In this document: piece after piece, positions 38,879 through 49,993 of the stretch
How positions within the stretch are numbered: position 1 is the first letter of the stretch
Layout: every line of letters starts with the position of its first letter
From: Candidatus Aminicenantes bacterium
Lineage (GTDB): Bacteria > Acidobacteriota > Aminicenantia > Aminicenantales > JAFGBC01
Reading direction: 5' to 3'
Assembly (NCBI GenBank): GCA_963702005.1
Contig: OY969696.1
Span: 2,880,001 to 2,944,000, forward strand
DNA: 64,000 nt
Made by a program: the position numbers and the translations under genes
The notes under the pieces: generated by a model
Database searches by the model: none
What the model was told of the DNA's origin: nothing
Seen by the model: the letters and a program-made list of their open reading frames with translations, nothing else

Positions 38879-41020
38879 ATGGCTCAGATGAGTTCCGGGC
38901 GGCGGACATCCCTCGGGGGGGTCATTCTGGCCGCCCTGCTTGTTGTCTCCTTCCCGGCGTCCGCCGCGGCGGCCGGCCCGGGCAACGGCCGGAACCTTCT
39001 CCTTATCACCGTCGACACCCTGCGGGCCGATCATCTCGGCTGCTACGGATGCGCCGCGGTCCAAACCCCGTTCATCGACGGCCTGGCCCGGGACGGCGTT
39101 CGGTTCGAGCGGGCCTTCGCCCACACGACCACCACCCTGCCTTCTCACACGAACATCCTCCTCGGCCTCACTCCGCTCGCCCACGGCGTCCACGACAACT
39201 CCAACTTCATCGTCCGCCCCGAGTTCACGACGCTGGCCGAATGGCTGAAGGGGGCGGGCTACGCCACCGGCGCCGTCATCGGAGCCTTTCCCCTGGATTC
39301 CCGCTTCGGCCTCAACCAAGGATTCGACGTTTACGACGACAATTACGGCAGCCAATCACCCGACATGCTGTCCTTCGTGGAGCGGAAAGCCGAGGTCGTC
39401 GTGGCCTTGGCCCTCGAATGGCTCAAGGCCAGGGACGGGAGAACCCCCTGGTTTCTCTGGATCCATCTCTACGATCCCCATCAACCCTGGCAGCCGCCCG
39501 AGCCGTTTCGCTCCCAATACAAGGAGGACCTTTACTGCGGAGAAATCGCCTACACCGACCAGGCTCTCGGGAAACTCCTGGGCTATTTAAAGGAAACGGA
39601 CCTGGAGCGGACGACGGCCGTCGTATTCACGGCCGACCACGGCGAGGGGCTCGGGGAGCACGGGGAGATGACCCACGGCTATTTCGCCTACAACGCGACG
39701 CTCCGGATCCCGCTCCTGATCAACGCGCCCGGCATCAAACCGGCTTTCGTTTCCGCGAACGTGGGGCACGCCGACATCTTCCCCACGGTCTGCGACCTTC
39801 TCAAGATCGACAAGCCCTCGGGGCTCTCGGGCGTTTCGCTCCTGCCCCTGATCCAAGGGAAGGAGGTCCCCGATCGGCCCCTGTACTTTGAGGCCCTCAA
39901 CGCCTACTGCAACCGGGGGTGGGCGCCGCTCCGCGGATACATCGAGAGAAACGAAAAGTTCATCGACCTCCCCATCCCGGAACTGTATGACCTGGCCGCG
40001 GACTTTCCCGAGAAGGCTAATCTCGCCGAAGGACGCCCGCTCGACTCGTACCGGAAGCGGCTGGCCGATCTTCAGCAAGCCCTGTCCTCGACGCTCGAAA
40101 ACATGGCCGCCAAGGCGACGGACGCGCAGACCCTGAAGAAGCTCCGGAGCCTGGGCTACATCGCCGCGACCCAGGCCCCTCGGAAAAAGACCTACACCGC
40201 CGCAGATGACCTCAAGACACTTCTCCCCTACCACGAAAAGTGGATGAAGGCCACGCTCCTCCGCGAGAGCGGCCGGCCCCGGGAGGCGATCGAGCTCCTC
40301 AAGGAGATCGTCACCGAACGGAAGGACTTCGACCTCGCCTTCATCTATCTCGCCAATTTCTATAAAGAAGAAGGTCGGTCCGAGGACGCCGTGTCCGTCC
40401 TCCGGGTCGCTTACGAGTTCAACCCGGAGAGCTTCACGATCATGACCGGGCTGGGCATCCGGCTCGTCGAGGTCGGACGGTTCGACGAGGCGATCGACCT
40501 CCTCGCCAAGGCTCTGGGCATCATCGACTACGATCCCGAGGCCTGGAACTATCTCGGCGTCGCCCTTTGGAATAAAGGCGACTACGACGAGGCGCGGAAA
40601 GCGTACCAACGGGCCCTTGCCCTCGACGCCAACGATGCCATCGTCTTCAACAACCTGGGGTCGCTCGACCTCTCGGTTTACTTGAAGACGCAGGCTGGAG
40701 GATCCTTGGACGAGGCCATTGCCGACTTCCGGAAAGCCATCGAGTTCGACCCCCATTACGCTTCGGCCTATAACGGCTTGGGAGCGGCATTCAAAATGGC
40801 CGGAAACCCGGACGGCGCGATCGCGGCCTGGACCAAGGCGGTCGAGCTCAAGCCCGATTTCGGCTACCCCCTCTACAACCTGGGACTGTCCCTCCTCGCC
40901 AAGGGCGATAAGTCCGGCGCCCTCGGCTACTTCACCCGCTACAAGGAGCTGAACTACAGCGTCCTCTCTCCGGAAGACAAGAAAAAGCTGGACGATTTCA
41001 TCGAGCGCTGCCGGGAATGA
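38879..41020 (+). CDS. Sulfatase-like hydrolase with C-terminal TPR repeats
   Basis: LITVDTLRADH, TLPSH, HLYDPH, TADHGE, HG; TPR tail. Confidence 0.9.
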   Translation: MAQMSSGRRTSLGGVILAALLVVSFPASAAAAGPGNGRNLLLITVDTLRADHLGCYGCAAVQTPFIDGLARDGVRFERAFAHTTTTLPSHTNILLGLTPLAHGVHDNSNFIVRPEFTTLAEWLKGAGYATGAVIGAFPLDSRFGLNQGFDVYDDNYGSQSPDMLSFVERKAEVVVALALEWLKARDGRTPWFLWIHLYDPHQPWQPPEPFRSQYKEDLYCGEIAYTDQALGKLLGYLKETDLERTTAVVFTADHGEGLGEHGEMTHGYFAYNATLRIPLLINAPGIKPAFVSANVGHADIFPTVCDLLKIDKPSGLSGVSLLPLIQGKEVPDRPLYFEALNAYCNRGWAPLRGYIERNEKFIDLPIPELYDLAADFPEKANLAEGRPLDSYRKRLADLQQALSSTLENMAAKATDAQTLKKLRSLGYIAATQAPRKKTYTAADDLKTLLPYHEKWMKATLLRESGRPREAIELLKEIVTERKDFDLAFIYLANFYKEEGRSEDAVSVLRVAYEFNPESFTIMTGLGIRLVEVGRFDEAIDLLAKALGIIDYDPEAWNYLGVALWNKGDYDEARKAYQRALALDANDAIVFNNLGSLDLSVYLKTQAGGSLDEAIADFRKAIEFDPHYASAYNGLGAAFKMAGNPDGAIAAWTKAVELKPDFGYPLYNLGLSLLAKGDKSGALGYFTRYKELNYSVLSPEDKKKLDDFIERCRE

Positions 41021-41039
41021 TCTCTGTCCCGACTCAGGG

Positions 41040-41204
41040 ATGGCCCGGCCGGGAAGGATAAACAACGCGTATGACAAAGACACGAAGGAACGCCCGCCCG
41101 AGACTGAGCCGAAAGCCCTCGAGGCCCTCAAGGCCTCCCTTAAGCTGAACCCCGATCAGAAGGACATCCGCGACATCGTCGCTTCGCTGGAAAAAATTCC
41201 CTAG
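41040..41204 (+). pseudogene. Short ORF / orphan 3' end of a TPR-protein gene
   Basis: ...KALEALKASLKLNPDQKDIRDIVASLEKIP* resembles a final TPR plus capping helix. Confidence 0.5.
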
Positions 41205-41213
41205 ATCTTGCGC

Positions 41214-42492
<1,279 letters not shown>

Positions 42493-43659
42493 TCAGAGGC
42501 CGGCCTCTTTGCGCAGGATCTGGGCCTTGTCGGTCCGCTCCCAAGTAAACTCGGGGTCGGTCCGTCCGAAATGGCCGTAAACGGCCGTCTTCTTGTAGAT
42601 GGGCCTGAGGAGGTCGAGGGACTTGATCATGCCTTTGGGGGTCAGCTGGAAGTGGGCCAGGATGAGCTCTTTGATTTTATTCTCGTTGATTTTGGCCGTA
42701 CCGAAGGTATCGACCATGATCGAGACCGGCTGGGCGATGCCGATCGCATAGGCAAGCTGGACCTCGACCTGCTCGACGAGTCCGGCCGCGACGAGGTTTT
42801 TAGCAATGTACCGGGCCATATAAGAGCCGGAGCGGTCGACCTTGGAGGGGTCCTTCCCCGAGTAGGAGCCGCCGCCGTGCTTTCCAAACCCGCCGTAAGT
42901 ATCGACGATGATCTTACGGCCGGTCATCCCCGTGTCGGCCAGGGGCCCTCCCTGCTCGAAGCGGCCGGTCCCGTTGATGATGATCTTGGTCTCCTTGTCG
43001 AGGAGGGCGGCCGGGATGACTTTCTTGATGACCTCCCGCTTGAGGTCGTCCCGAAGGTCGTCCATCTTGACCTTGTCGTTGTGCTGAGCGGCCAAGACAA
43101 CGGCCTCGACCCGGCGCGGTTTCCGGGCGTCGTATTCGACGGTGACCTGGGACTTCCCGTCCGGCCGGAGGTAGTCGAGGATTTTGTCGCGGCGGACGGT
43201 GCTCAGCCTGCGGACGAGCTTGTGGGCGAGCATGATCGGCAGGGGCATGAATTCCTCGGTCTCCCGGCAGGCGTAGCCGAACATCAGGCCTTGATCGCCC
43301 GCTCCCTGCTCGTGGTCCGGCCTTTCATCGACGCCCATGGCGATATCCGGCGACTGCTCGTGGATGGCCGAGAGCACCGCGCACGTTTCGTAGTCGAACC
43401 CATATATGGCCTTCGTGTACCCTATGTCCTTGATGGTCCTGCGGACGACCTTTTGGAAGTCGCAGTAGCCCTTGGTCGTGATCTCACCGGCGATCAGGAC
43501 GACGCCGGTCGTGGCCAGGGCTTCGCAGGCGACCCGGCTCTTGGGGTCTTGGGCGAGCAGGTCGTCCAGGACGGCGTCCGAGATCTGGTCGCAGACTTTA
43601 TCGGGGTGGCCTTCCGTCACCGATTCCGAAGTGAAAAGATGCTTTCCTTCTTTGCTCAT
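42493..43659 (-). CDS. metK: S-adenosylmethionine synthetase
   Basis: [40 protein letters not shown]. Confidence 0.96.
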   Translation of the reverse strand: MSKEGKHLFTSESVTEGHPDKVCDQISDAVLDDLLAQDPKSRVACEALATTGVVLIAGEITTKGYCDFQKVVRRTIKDIGYTKAIYGFDYETCAVLSAIHEQSPDIAMGVDERPDHEQGAGDQGLMFGYACRETEEFMPLPIMLAHKLVRRLSTVRRDKILDYLRPDGKSQVTVEYDARKPRRVEAVVLAAQHNDKVKMDDLRDDLKREVIKKVIPAALLDKETKIIINGTGRFEQGGPLADTGMTGRKIIVDTYGGFGKHGGGSYSGKDPSKVDRSGSYMARYIAKNLVAAGLVEQVEVQLAYAIGIAQPVSIMVDTFGTAKINENKIKELILAHFQLTPKGMIKSLDLLRPIYKKTAVYGHFGRTDPEFTWERTDKAQILRKEAGL

Positions 43660-44101
43660 TCCTTTACCTCCATCGCTTTCTCGCCGAAACGGTTAAAAAC
43701 GATAGCATAAACGTGCCATTAATTCAACACGACCGAGTTTTGAAATCTTGGTTTTATCATAGCCGAAGCCGATAGGGTGGAGAAGGCCGTCGAGGGGTCG
43801 AGCGGGCAGATAAAGAAAAAAGGGGAAGGGCGAGGGATGGTCGATGAAGAAGGCCGTATGAGCGGCGGAGCGGGCATGGTCTGATTTGGAGACACAATAT
43901 CGATTTAAGAAAATCAGCATTTGTCCCCAAATCGGGAGCGGAGCCTCGAATCGAACGAGGATTCCTCGCCGGGGAATCCTAAGTGTGCCTTCGAGTCGAC
44001 TATCCCGAGCCCTCTCGCCGGGGCAATTTCGCGTCCTTCGAGCCCTATACTCAGGGAAGCCCTGAGTACTAGAAGCCTCGTCGGCTGAGGTTGCCCGGGC
44101 G

Positions 44102-45446
44102 TGTCAACTCATATAACCATGTTACCGAAACGGTAGTCATTGCATCACCGAAAATGATACCGAAGAAGGATCGAGTTTTTTGTAAGGATCGACCTGGACA
44201 AGCCCCTTGCGTTTCTTCTCATACAGGGTAAAAAGTCTCTTCAGCTTCTGGTCGATCCGACGCTTCAAGTCGGCGGGATTGAGACTGCGATAGAGGTCGT
44301 CCAGGGTTTTGAGGGCCTCCGGGGGGAGTTGCCCCAACTCCCGGAGGATCCGATAGGGCGTCTGGGGCTTCGCATAGCGCCTGCGGGTCTTCCCATCGAC
44401 CCGTTCCTTGCGCTCGAGTCTCATTACCGGCTGGAAGAAGTTCTTGAAGAGCCGCAGCTCGTTTCTGTATAGATCGTTTATCAGGTTCAGCTCTTCGGGG
44501 GTGTCATAGCGCAGGTAGCCCAGCGGCCGGCGGACATGGGTGAAGTTCTTCTGTTCGATATAGGCGTTGTCGTTCTTGCGATAGGGCCGGGACCGGGTGA
44601 AGGCCAGTCCCTCCTCCTGGGTGTACCGGTAGAGCTGATCGTTGATGAAGGCGTTGTCGTTGTCCGAGTCGATCCCCCGCCAGGTGAAGGGGGTCCTGGC
44701 CCGGATCTTCTTGATAGCATCGAAAATCCGGCCCTGGGCGCGGCCCATTACCGCCTCGCCCTCCCACCAGGTCGAGCCGATCTCCAGGGCGGAGAGGCTG
44801 TGGGCATACTCGCCGGCCGTCGAAGCCCCGCAGTGGAGAACCAAGTCCATCTCCAGGAACCCGACTTGGTGGAGGTCCCAATCGGTCATTTTCAGCGGGA
44901 TCTTCTTGGCGATGAGATTCCCCCCGACCCGCCCGTAGCGCCGTTGGGCGATCCATTCGGTCTTCCTCGACTTCAGGAGGCGGTCGATCGTGGCCGGCGA
45001 GACCCGCCGAAGTTGCCGGGCGGTCTTCTCATCGACCTCAAGCTCACCCAAAGCGCGAAGCCTACCCAACTCCTCCTCGACCAAGGGCTTCAGCCTCTGG
45101 CCGCAAGGCCGATCGAAGATCTCCCAGAGCGTCTCTAGGGCCACCCGCACAGGCCTTCCGTACACCCGCCGTCTCGCCTTCCGGGGCCGCGAGTCCCCCT
45201 TAAGGAGGCTGGCCATCTTCCGCAGAACAGACTTGCGCGCCAGGCCCGTATTGCGGCAGTATTCGTCTAAAAGCGCGCTCTTCCCCCTTTTTCGGGCCCT
45301 GAGATACCGTCCCAAGAGAGCTTTCAGATACTGTTCTCGTGATCGCATGTCCATCCTATCCATGTCACCCTATCCTTTAGGAGATTTGGGTAACATTTTA
45401 TATGATTCAACGGGCTTTCCTTCGGTAACATTTTACGTGATTCAAT
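44102..45446 (-). mobile_element. Insertion sequence (ISNCY/IS481-like rve DDE) with paired subterminal repeats
   Basis: Two ~27 bp motifs 35 bp apart at each end in inverted orientation (44102-44165 and 45388-45446) around the transposase. Confidence 0.82.
44137..45363 (-). CDS. DDE-type (rve integrase core) transposase
   Basis: RYLRA.K..K..LLDEYC, SPATIDR, EMDLVLHCG, GIDSDN, TRSRPYRKNDNAYIEQKN. Confidence 0.9.
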   Translation of the reverse strand: MDRMDMRSREQYLKALLGRYLRARKRGKSALLDEYCRNTGLARKSVLRKMASLLKGDSRPRKARRRVYGRPVRVALETLWEIFDRPCGQRLKPLVEEELGRLRALGELEVDEKTARQLRRVSPATIDRLLKSRKTEWIAQRRYGRVGGNLIAKKIPLKMTDWDLHQVGFLEMDLVLHCGASTAGEYAHSLSALEIGSTWWEGEAVMGRAQGRIFDAIKKIRARTPFTWRGIDSDNDNAFINDQLYRYTQEEGLAFTRSRPYRKNDNAYIEQKNFTHVRRPLGYLRYDTPEELNLINDLYRNELRLFKNFFQPVMRLERKERVDGKTRRRYAKPQTPYRILRELGQLPPEALKTLDDLYRSLNPADLKRRIDQKLKRLFTLYEKKRKGLVQVDPYKKLDPSSVSFSVMQ

Positions 45447-45515
45447 GCGCCGGGTTGTCCCCCGTCCGCGTTTTATGGTATGAATGAGACGTTGAAAACC
45501 GTGATCGAGAAAGGA

Positions 45516-46850
45516 ATGGAGCGAAGGTTCCTGGGGGTCCGGAAGCTGGCGGGCGGACTCATCCTGCTTGCCGGGGCCGCTTTGCCCCTGCGGCCTCAGG
45601 CCAGGGTCTCGTTTCCGGTCACGACCTACGAGCTCCGGAACGGCCTCCAAGTCATCCTGGCCGAAGATCACAGCTTGCCCCTTGTCTCGGTCGTCGTCGC
45701 CTACCGGGTCGGCTCGATCCGGGAGTCGCCCGAAAAATCAGGCCTCGCCTACTTCCTTCAAAAACTCATGTTCCAGGGCTCCCAAAACGTCGGCCCTCTC
45801 CAGCATATCTCTTTCATCAACCGCGCCGGCGGCGACTTCAACGCGACGACCTCCGAGGAGTTGACGCTCTTCTACCAGACCGTCCCCTCCAACCAGCTCC
45901 CCGTCCTGCTCTGGCTCGAATCCGACCGGATGCGCTTCCTGGACATCCGGGCCGACTCCGTCGAGCGGGTCCGAGCCGGTCTGATCGAGGAGATCGTCGA
46001 GCGCAGGGCCTCCGAGCCGTACTGGGACAGCAACCTTCTTTTCGACCAAGTCCTCTTCCCTGACTTCGCCTATAGCCATTCGGTCATCGGGAGCGAGGAG
46101 GATGTCCTGGGCTTGACCATGGAAGACATCTCGGATTTCTATGCCGAGTACTACGCGCCCAACAACGCCGTCCTCTGCCTGAGCGGCGATATCCAGCTCC
46201 CCCGGGTCCGCGAGCTCGTCGCCCGCTACTTCGAGACTCTTCCCCGCGGGCGCGACATCCCAGCCCTCCCCCCCGGCCGGCCCCGGGAACGGAGGGGCGA
46301 GACCCAGAGCATCCGGAACTACCTGGCCCCTTCGCCCGCCTTCAACCTGGGGTTTCCGATCGCCGCCCCCGGCACTCGGGAGTATACTGTCCTGAGCGTC
46401 CTCGAATACATCCTGATGCGGGGTGAAACCGCGCGCATCCCTAAGAGGATCGTCCAGAAAGAACGCCTGACCATCGAGATCAACGGGGGCATCGAGCGGC
46501 GGCGGGATTTGGCCGCCTTCCGCTTCTTCGCCGTCGCCAACAACGACCTCATGGTCGAGCGCTGCCAGAACGCCATCCTGTCCGAGCTGGGCAAGCTCAA
46601 GACGAGCTTCGTCGGACAGGACGAGCTGGCCAAGGCCAAAACCATGCTCCGGATGGACATGGTCCGCCGGGTGGCCACCTCGCTGGATAAGGCCCTCTTC
46701 CTGTGCGAGTCCGTCCTGACCCAGCCCGGCTTCACGGACTTCACCGCCGAACTCGACAAGTACCTGAGCGTGACGCCCTCGGAGATCATCGGTCTGGTCA
46801 ACCGCTATTTCAAGGACACGGACGCTCTCGTCCTCAACATCCAGAAATGA
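45516..46850 (+). CDS. M16B (pitrilysin-like) peptidase homolog A, zinc motif degenerate
   Basis: LRNGLQV, GSIRE, GLAYFLQKLMFQGS (canonical GLAHFLEH), FNATT, WLESDRM, YYAPNNA; start uncertain (45480-45516). Confidence 0.85.
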   Translation: MERRFLGVRKLAGGLILLAGAALPLRPQARVSFPVTTYELRNGLQVILAEDHSLPLVSVVVAYRVGSIRESPEKSGLAYFLQKLMFQGSQNVGPLQHISFINRAGGDFNATTSEELTLFYQTVPSNQLPVLLWLESDRMRFLDIRADSVERVRAGLIEEIVERRASEPYWDSNLLFDQVLFPDFAYSHSVIGSEEDVLGLTMEDISDFYAEYYAPNNAVLCLSGDIQLPRVRELVARYFETLPRGRDIPALPPGRPRERRGETQSIRNYLAPSPAFNLGFPIAAPGTREYTVLSVLEYILMRGETARIPKRIVQKERLTIEINGGIERRRDLAAFRFFAVANNDLMVERCQNAILSELGKLKTSFVGQDELAKAKTMLRMDMVRRVATSLDKALFLCESVLTQPGFTDFTAELDKYLSVTPSEIIGLVNRYFKDTDALVLNIQK

Positions 46851-48316
46851 ACGACATAGCCAGGGCCCGATCTCGCCTCCGCTGCCTGGGCATGATCTTG
46901 ACGATCCTGGCCGGGGCCGCGGCGAGCGCGGGCCAGGAGAGGTTCAGGAGGGTCCAGCCCAATCCGGATCCGCTGCCCCAGCTCCGCCTTCCCTCGATCG
47001 AGACCCACCAGCTCAGCAACGGCCTCCTGCTAGCCGTTTGCAAGAGGGACCACCTCCCGCTCATGAGCCTTCAGCTTGTCGTCCTGGCCGGCGAGGCCCA
47101 GTCCCCCGACGAAGTGCCGGGGACGGCCACCCTCGCCGCGCGGATGATCCTGCAGGGGACGGATTTGATCTCCGCGGAGGACGTCCAAGCCCGGATCGAG
47201 GCTATCGGCGGCGAGTTCACGACTTCGACCCAGCTCGATTATTCTCAATTCACTTTCAACTTCCTCGAGGACTACCTGGACCAAGCTCTCCAAATCCTGG
47301 CCCCCCTCCTCCTCCAGCCGGCCTTCCCGAGACGCCAGCTGGACGTCGTCAAGCGGACGATGCATTATTCCCTTATGGAGAGGGCCAAGGATCCCGAGTT
47401 TCTGGCCAAACGCCAGCTCCTCAGGCTTCTCTTCCCAAAACATCCCTATCGCAAGGGCATCTTCAGCGAAGACGTCATCAAGGCCATCAGCCGGACCCAC
47501 GTCCAGGCTTTCTACGACGCCTACTACAGGCCCAATAACGCCATCCTGGTTTTAAGCGGCAACTTGAGCCTGGCGACGGCGACCCAGAAGGTCAGCCACT
47601 ACCTGAACACCTGGGCGGCCAAGGACATCAGCCGTCCCCCGGTCGCGCCGCCCGAGCCGAATCTTCAGGAGCGGATCTGCCTGATCGATAATCCCCAGAT
47701 GAGCGACGCGACCCTCTCGATCGGCACCGTGGTCGGGCCGGCCTCGAGCCCCGACGCCCTCCCGCTCGAGGTCCTCAGCCAGGTCCTGGGCGGGACGCCG
47801 AGCAGCCGGCTGTTCATGAACCTGCGCGAAACGAAGGGCTATGCCTTCTATGCCTTCAGCGATCTCGAGCTCTTCAAGAACTGCGGCCTGTTCCTGGTCC
47901 GGGCCCGGGTCCAATCCAAGTACTGCGGAGTCTCGATTCGGGAGGTCCTCCAGGAGATCGCCGGCGTCGTTGAGGAGCGAGTCGCCTCCTTCGATATCGA
48001 GCAGGCCAAGAGCCGCCTGATCGGGAACTTCCCGCTCCGGATCGAAGCCTTCGACCGGCTGGCCGACCGGGTAGCCGAGATCAAGACCTTCAACCTGGGC
48101 GAGGAGAGCTGGAACCGCCATTACGAAAGCATCATGCTCGTCAACGCCGAGAGCGTTTACGGGGTGGCCCAAAAATATCCGCTCCGGACTCCGGTCGTCG
48201 TCATCGTCGGCGACAAGAACTCCCTCATCGACTATCTCCAGGACTTCGCCAAGGTCGAGGTCTACAACGCCAGGGGCGTCTTCCAGTACAACCTGACCCG
48301 AGGAGGACAAGAATGA
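46847..48316 (+). CDS. M16B peptidase homolog B (non-catalytic, carries the R/Y pair)
   Basis: LSNGL, YYRPNNA, LGG..SSRLFMNLRETKGYAFY; ATGA overlaps on both sides. Confidence 0.85.
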   Translation: MNDIARARSRLRCLGMILTILAGAAASAGQERFRRVQPNPDPLPQLRLPSIETHQLSNGLLLAVCKRDHLPLMSLQLVVLAGEAQSPDEVPGTATLAARMILQGTDLISAEDVQARIEAIGGEFTTSTQLDYSQFTFNFLEDYLDQALQILAPLLLQPAFPRRQLDVVKRTMHYSLMERAKDPEFLAKRQLLRLLFPKHPYRKGIFSEDVIKAISRTHVQAFYDAYYRPNNAILVLSGNLSLATATQKVSHYLNTWAAKDISRPPVAPPEPNLQERICLIDNPQMSDATLSIGTVVGPASSPDALPLEVLSQVLGGTPSSRLFMNLRETKGYAFYAFSDLELFKNCGLFLVRARVQSKYCGVSIREVLQEIAGVVEERVASFDIEQAKSRLIGNFPLRIEAFDRLADRVAEIKTFNLGEESWNRHYESIMLVNAESVYGVAQKYPLRTPVVVIVGDKNSLIDYLQDFAKVEVYNARGVFQYNLTRGGQE

Positions 48317-49989
48317 AGCTCGTCGAGTGCGTCCCCAACTTCAGCGAAGGCCGGGACCGGGATAAAATCAACGCCATCACCCGGGAGATCGCGGCGACGC
48401 CCCAGGTCAGGCTCCTCGACGTCGATCCCGGCGAGACGACCAACCGGACGGTGGTGACCTTCATCGGGACGCCCGAGGCCGCCAAGGAAGCCGCCTTCAA
48501 GGCCGTCCGCAAGGCCGCCGAGGTCATCGATATGCGGACCCACAAGGGCGCCCACAGCCGGATCGGCGCGACCGACGTCTGCCCCTTCGTGCCGGTCTCC
48601 GGGGTCGCCATGGAGGACTGCGTCCGGCTGGCCAACGAGCTGGGCGAGCGGGTCGGCCGCGAGCTCGGCATCCCCGTCTACCTCTACGAGGAGGCCGCCC
48701 GGAATCCCGAGCGCCGCAACCTGGCCAACATCCGGGTCGGCGAATACGAGGGGTTGGCCGCCAAGCTGGCCCGGCCCGAATGGGCGCCCGATTACGGTCC
48801 CGCCGTCTTCAACGCCAAAGCCGGGGCGACCGTCATCGGCGCCCGCGAGTTTCTGATCGCCTACAACATCAACCTTAACACCCGCGATCGCAAGCTCGCC
48901 CACGAAATCGCCAGCGACCTCCGCGAGATGGGGCGGCCCAAGAAGGATAAGGACGGCAAGGTCGTCAAGGACGCCGCCGGCACGACCGTCATGGTCCCCG
49001 GCAAATTCAAGGCCGTCAAGGCCGTCGGCTGGTACATCGAGGACTACGGGACGGCTCAGATCTCGATCAATTTCACGAACTACAAGCTCTCGCCGGTCCA
49101 CCTCGTCTTCGACGAGGCCTGCCGCCTGGCCGAGAAGCTCGGCGTCCGCGTCACCGGGAGCGAGCTGGTCGGTCTGATCCCGATGGAGGCCCTGCTCATG
49201 GCCGGACGCTACTACCTCGAAAAGCAAGGGAAGAGCGCGGGCTGGCCCGAGGAGGAGCTCGTCCGGGTCGCGGTCCGTTCGCTGGGGCTCAACGATGTCG
49301 CGCCCTTCGACCCCCGGAAGAAAATCATCGAATATCAATTCCAGGATACGGCGGGTTCGCTGTCCGGCCTCAGCCTGCGCGCCTTCGCCGACGAGCTCTC
49401 GACCGACTCCCCGGCGCCGGGGGGCGGAAGCGTTTCCGCCCTCTGCGGGGCGCTGTCGGCGGCGCTGTCCTCGATGGTCGCCAACCTCACGGTCGGGAAG
49501 AAAGGCTACGAGAAGACTCAGAAAGAGCTCAAGGCCCTGGCCGTCCGGGCCCAGAAGCTCAAGGACGAGCTGCTTCGCGCGGTCGAGCTCGACTCGGCCG
49601 CCTTCGCCAAGGTCATGGACGCCTTCAAGCTCCCCAAGGGGACCGAGGAACAGAAAGCGGAGCGGGAGAAGACCGTTGAAGCCGCCACCAAGGAAGCGAC
49701 TCTGATCCCCTTCCAGGTTCTCGAATCGAGCATCGCCTTGATGAAGATGGCCAAGAAGGTCGCCCTCAAGGGGAATAAAAATTCCCTAAGCGACGCCGGG
49801 GTGGCCGGGCTGGCCGCCCAATCCGCCGGCGAAGGCGCCTACTATAACGTCCGGATCAACCTTCCCGGCATCCAGGACGCGGAATTCAAGAGCCGCATCA
49901 AGAAGCAGGCGGTCGCCCTCAAGAAAAAACTCTGCAAGCTGGCCGACGAAGTCCGGGCCGTCGTCGAGAGAGAGCTGCGCAAGAGCTGA
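48313..49989 (+). CDS. ftcD: Glutamate formimidoyltransferase / formiminotetrahydrofolate cyclodeaminase
   Basis: VECVPNFSEGR, H.GAHSRIGA.DV.PF, GSELVGLIP, PAPGGGS. Confidence 0.93.
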   Translation: MKLVECVPNFSEGRDRDKINAITREIAATPQVRLLDVDPGETTNRTVVTFIGTPEAAKEAAFKAVRKAAEVIDMRTHKGAHSRIGATDVCPFVPVSGVAMEDCVRLANELGERVGRELGIPVYLYEEAARNPERRNLANIRVGEYEGLAAKLARPEWAPDYGPAVFNAKAGATVIGAREFLIAYNINLNTRDRKLAHEIASDLREMGRPKKDKDGKVVKDAAGTTVMVPGKFKAVKAVGWYIEDYGTAQISINFTNYKLSPVHLVFDEACRLAEKLGVRVTGSELVGLIPMEALLMAGRYYLEKQGKSAGWPEEELVRVAVRSLGLNDVAPFDPRKKIIEYQFQDTAGSLSGLSLRAFADELSTDSPAPGGGSVSALCGALSAALSSMVANLTVGKKGYEKTQKELKALAVRAQKLKDELLRAVELDSAAFAKVMDAFKLPKGTEEQKAEREKTVEAATKEATLIPFQVLESSIALMKMAKKVALKGNKNSLSDAGVAGLAAQSAGEGAYYNVRINLPGIQDAEFKSRIKKQAVALKKKLCKLADEVRAVVERELRKS

Positions 49990-49993
49990 ACGG

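Noticed and set aside
43704-43718. sigma54 promoter for metK (TGGCACGTTTATGCT, minus strand)
   Set aside because: GG-to-GC spacing is 9, not the strict 10 nt; only valid if the T run is an assembly deletion, which cannot be shown here
43660-44100. SAM-I/SAH riboswitch upstream of metK-ahcY
   Set aside because: I could not find the conserved aptamer cores or an expression-platform terminator; an Rfam scan would settle it
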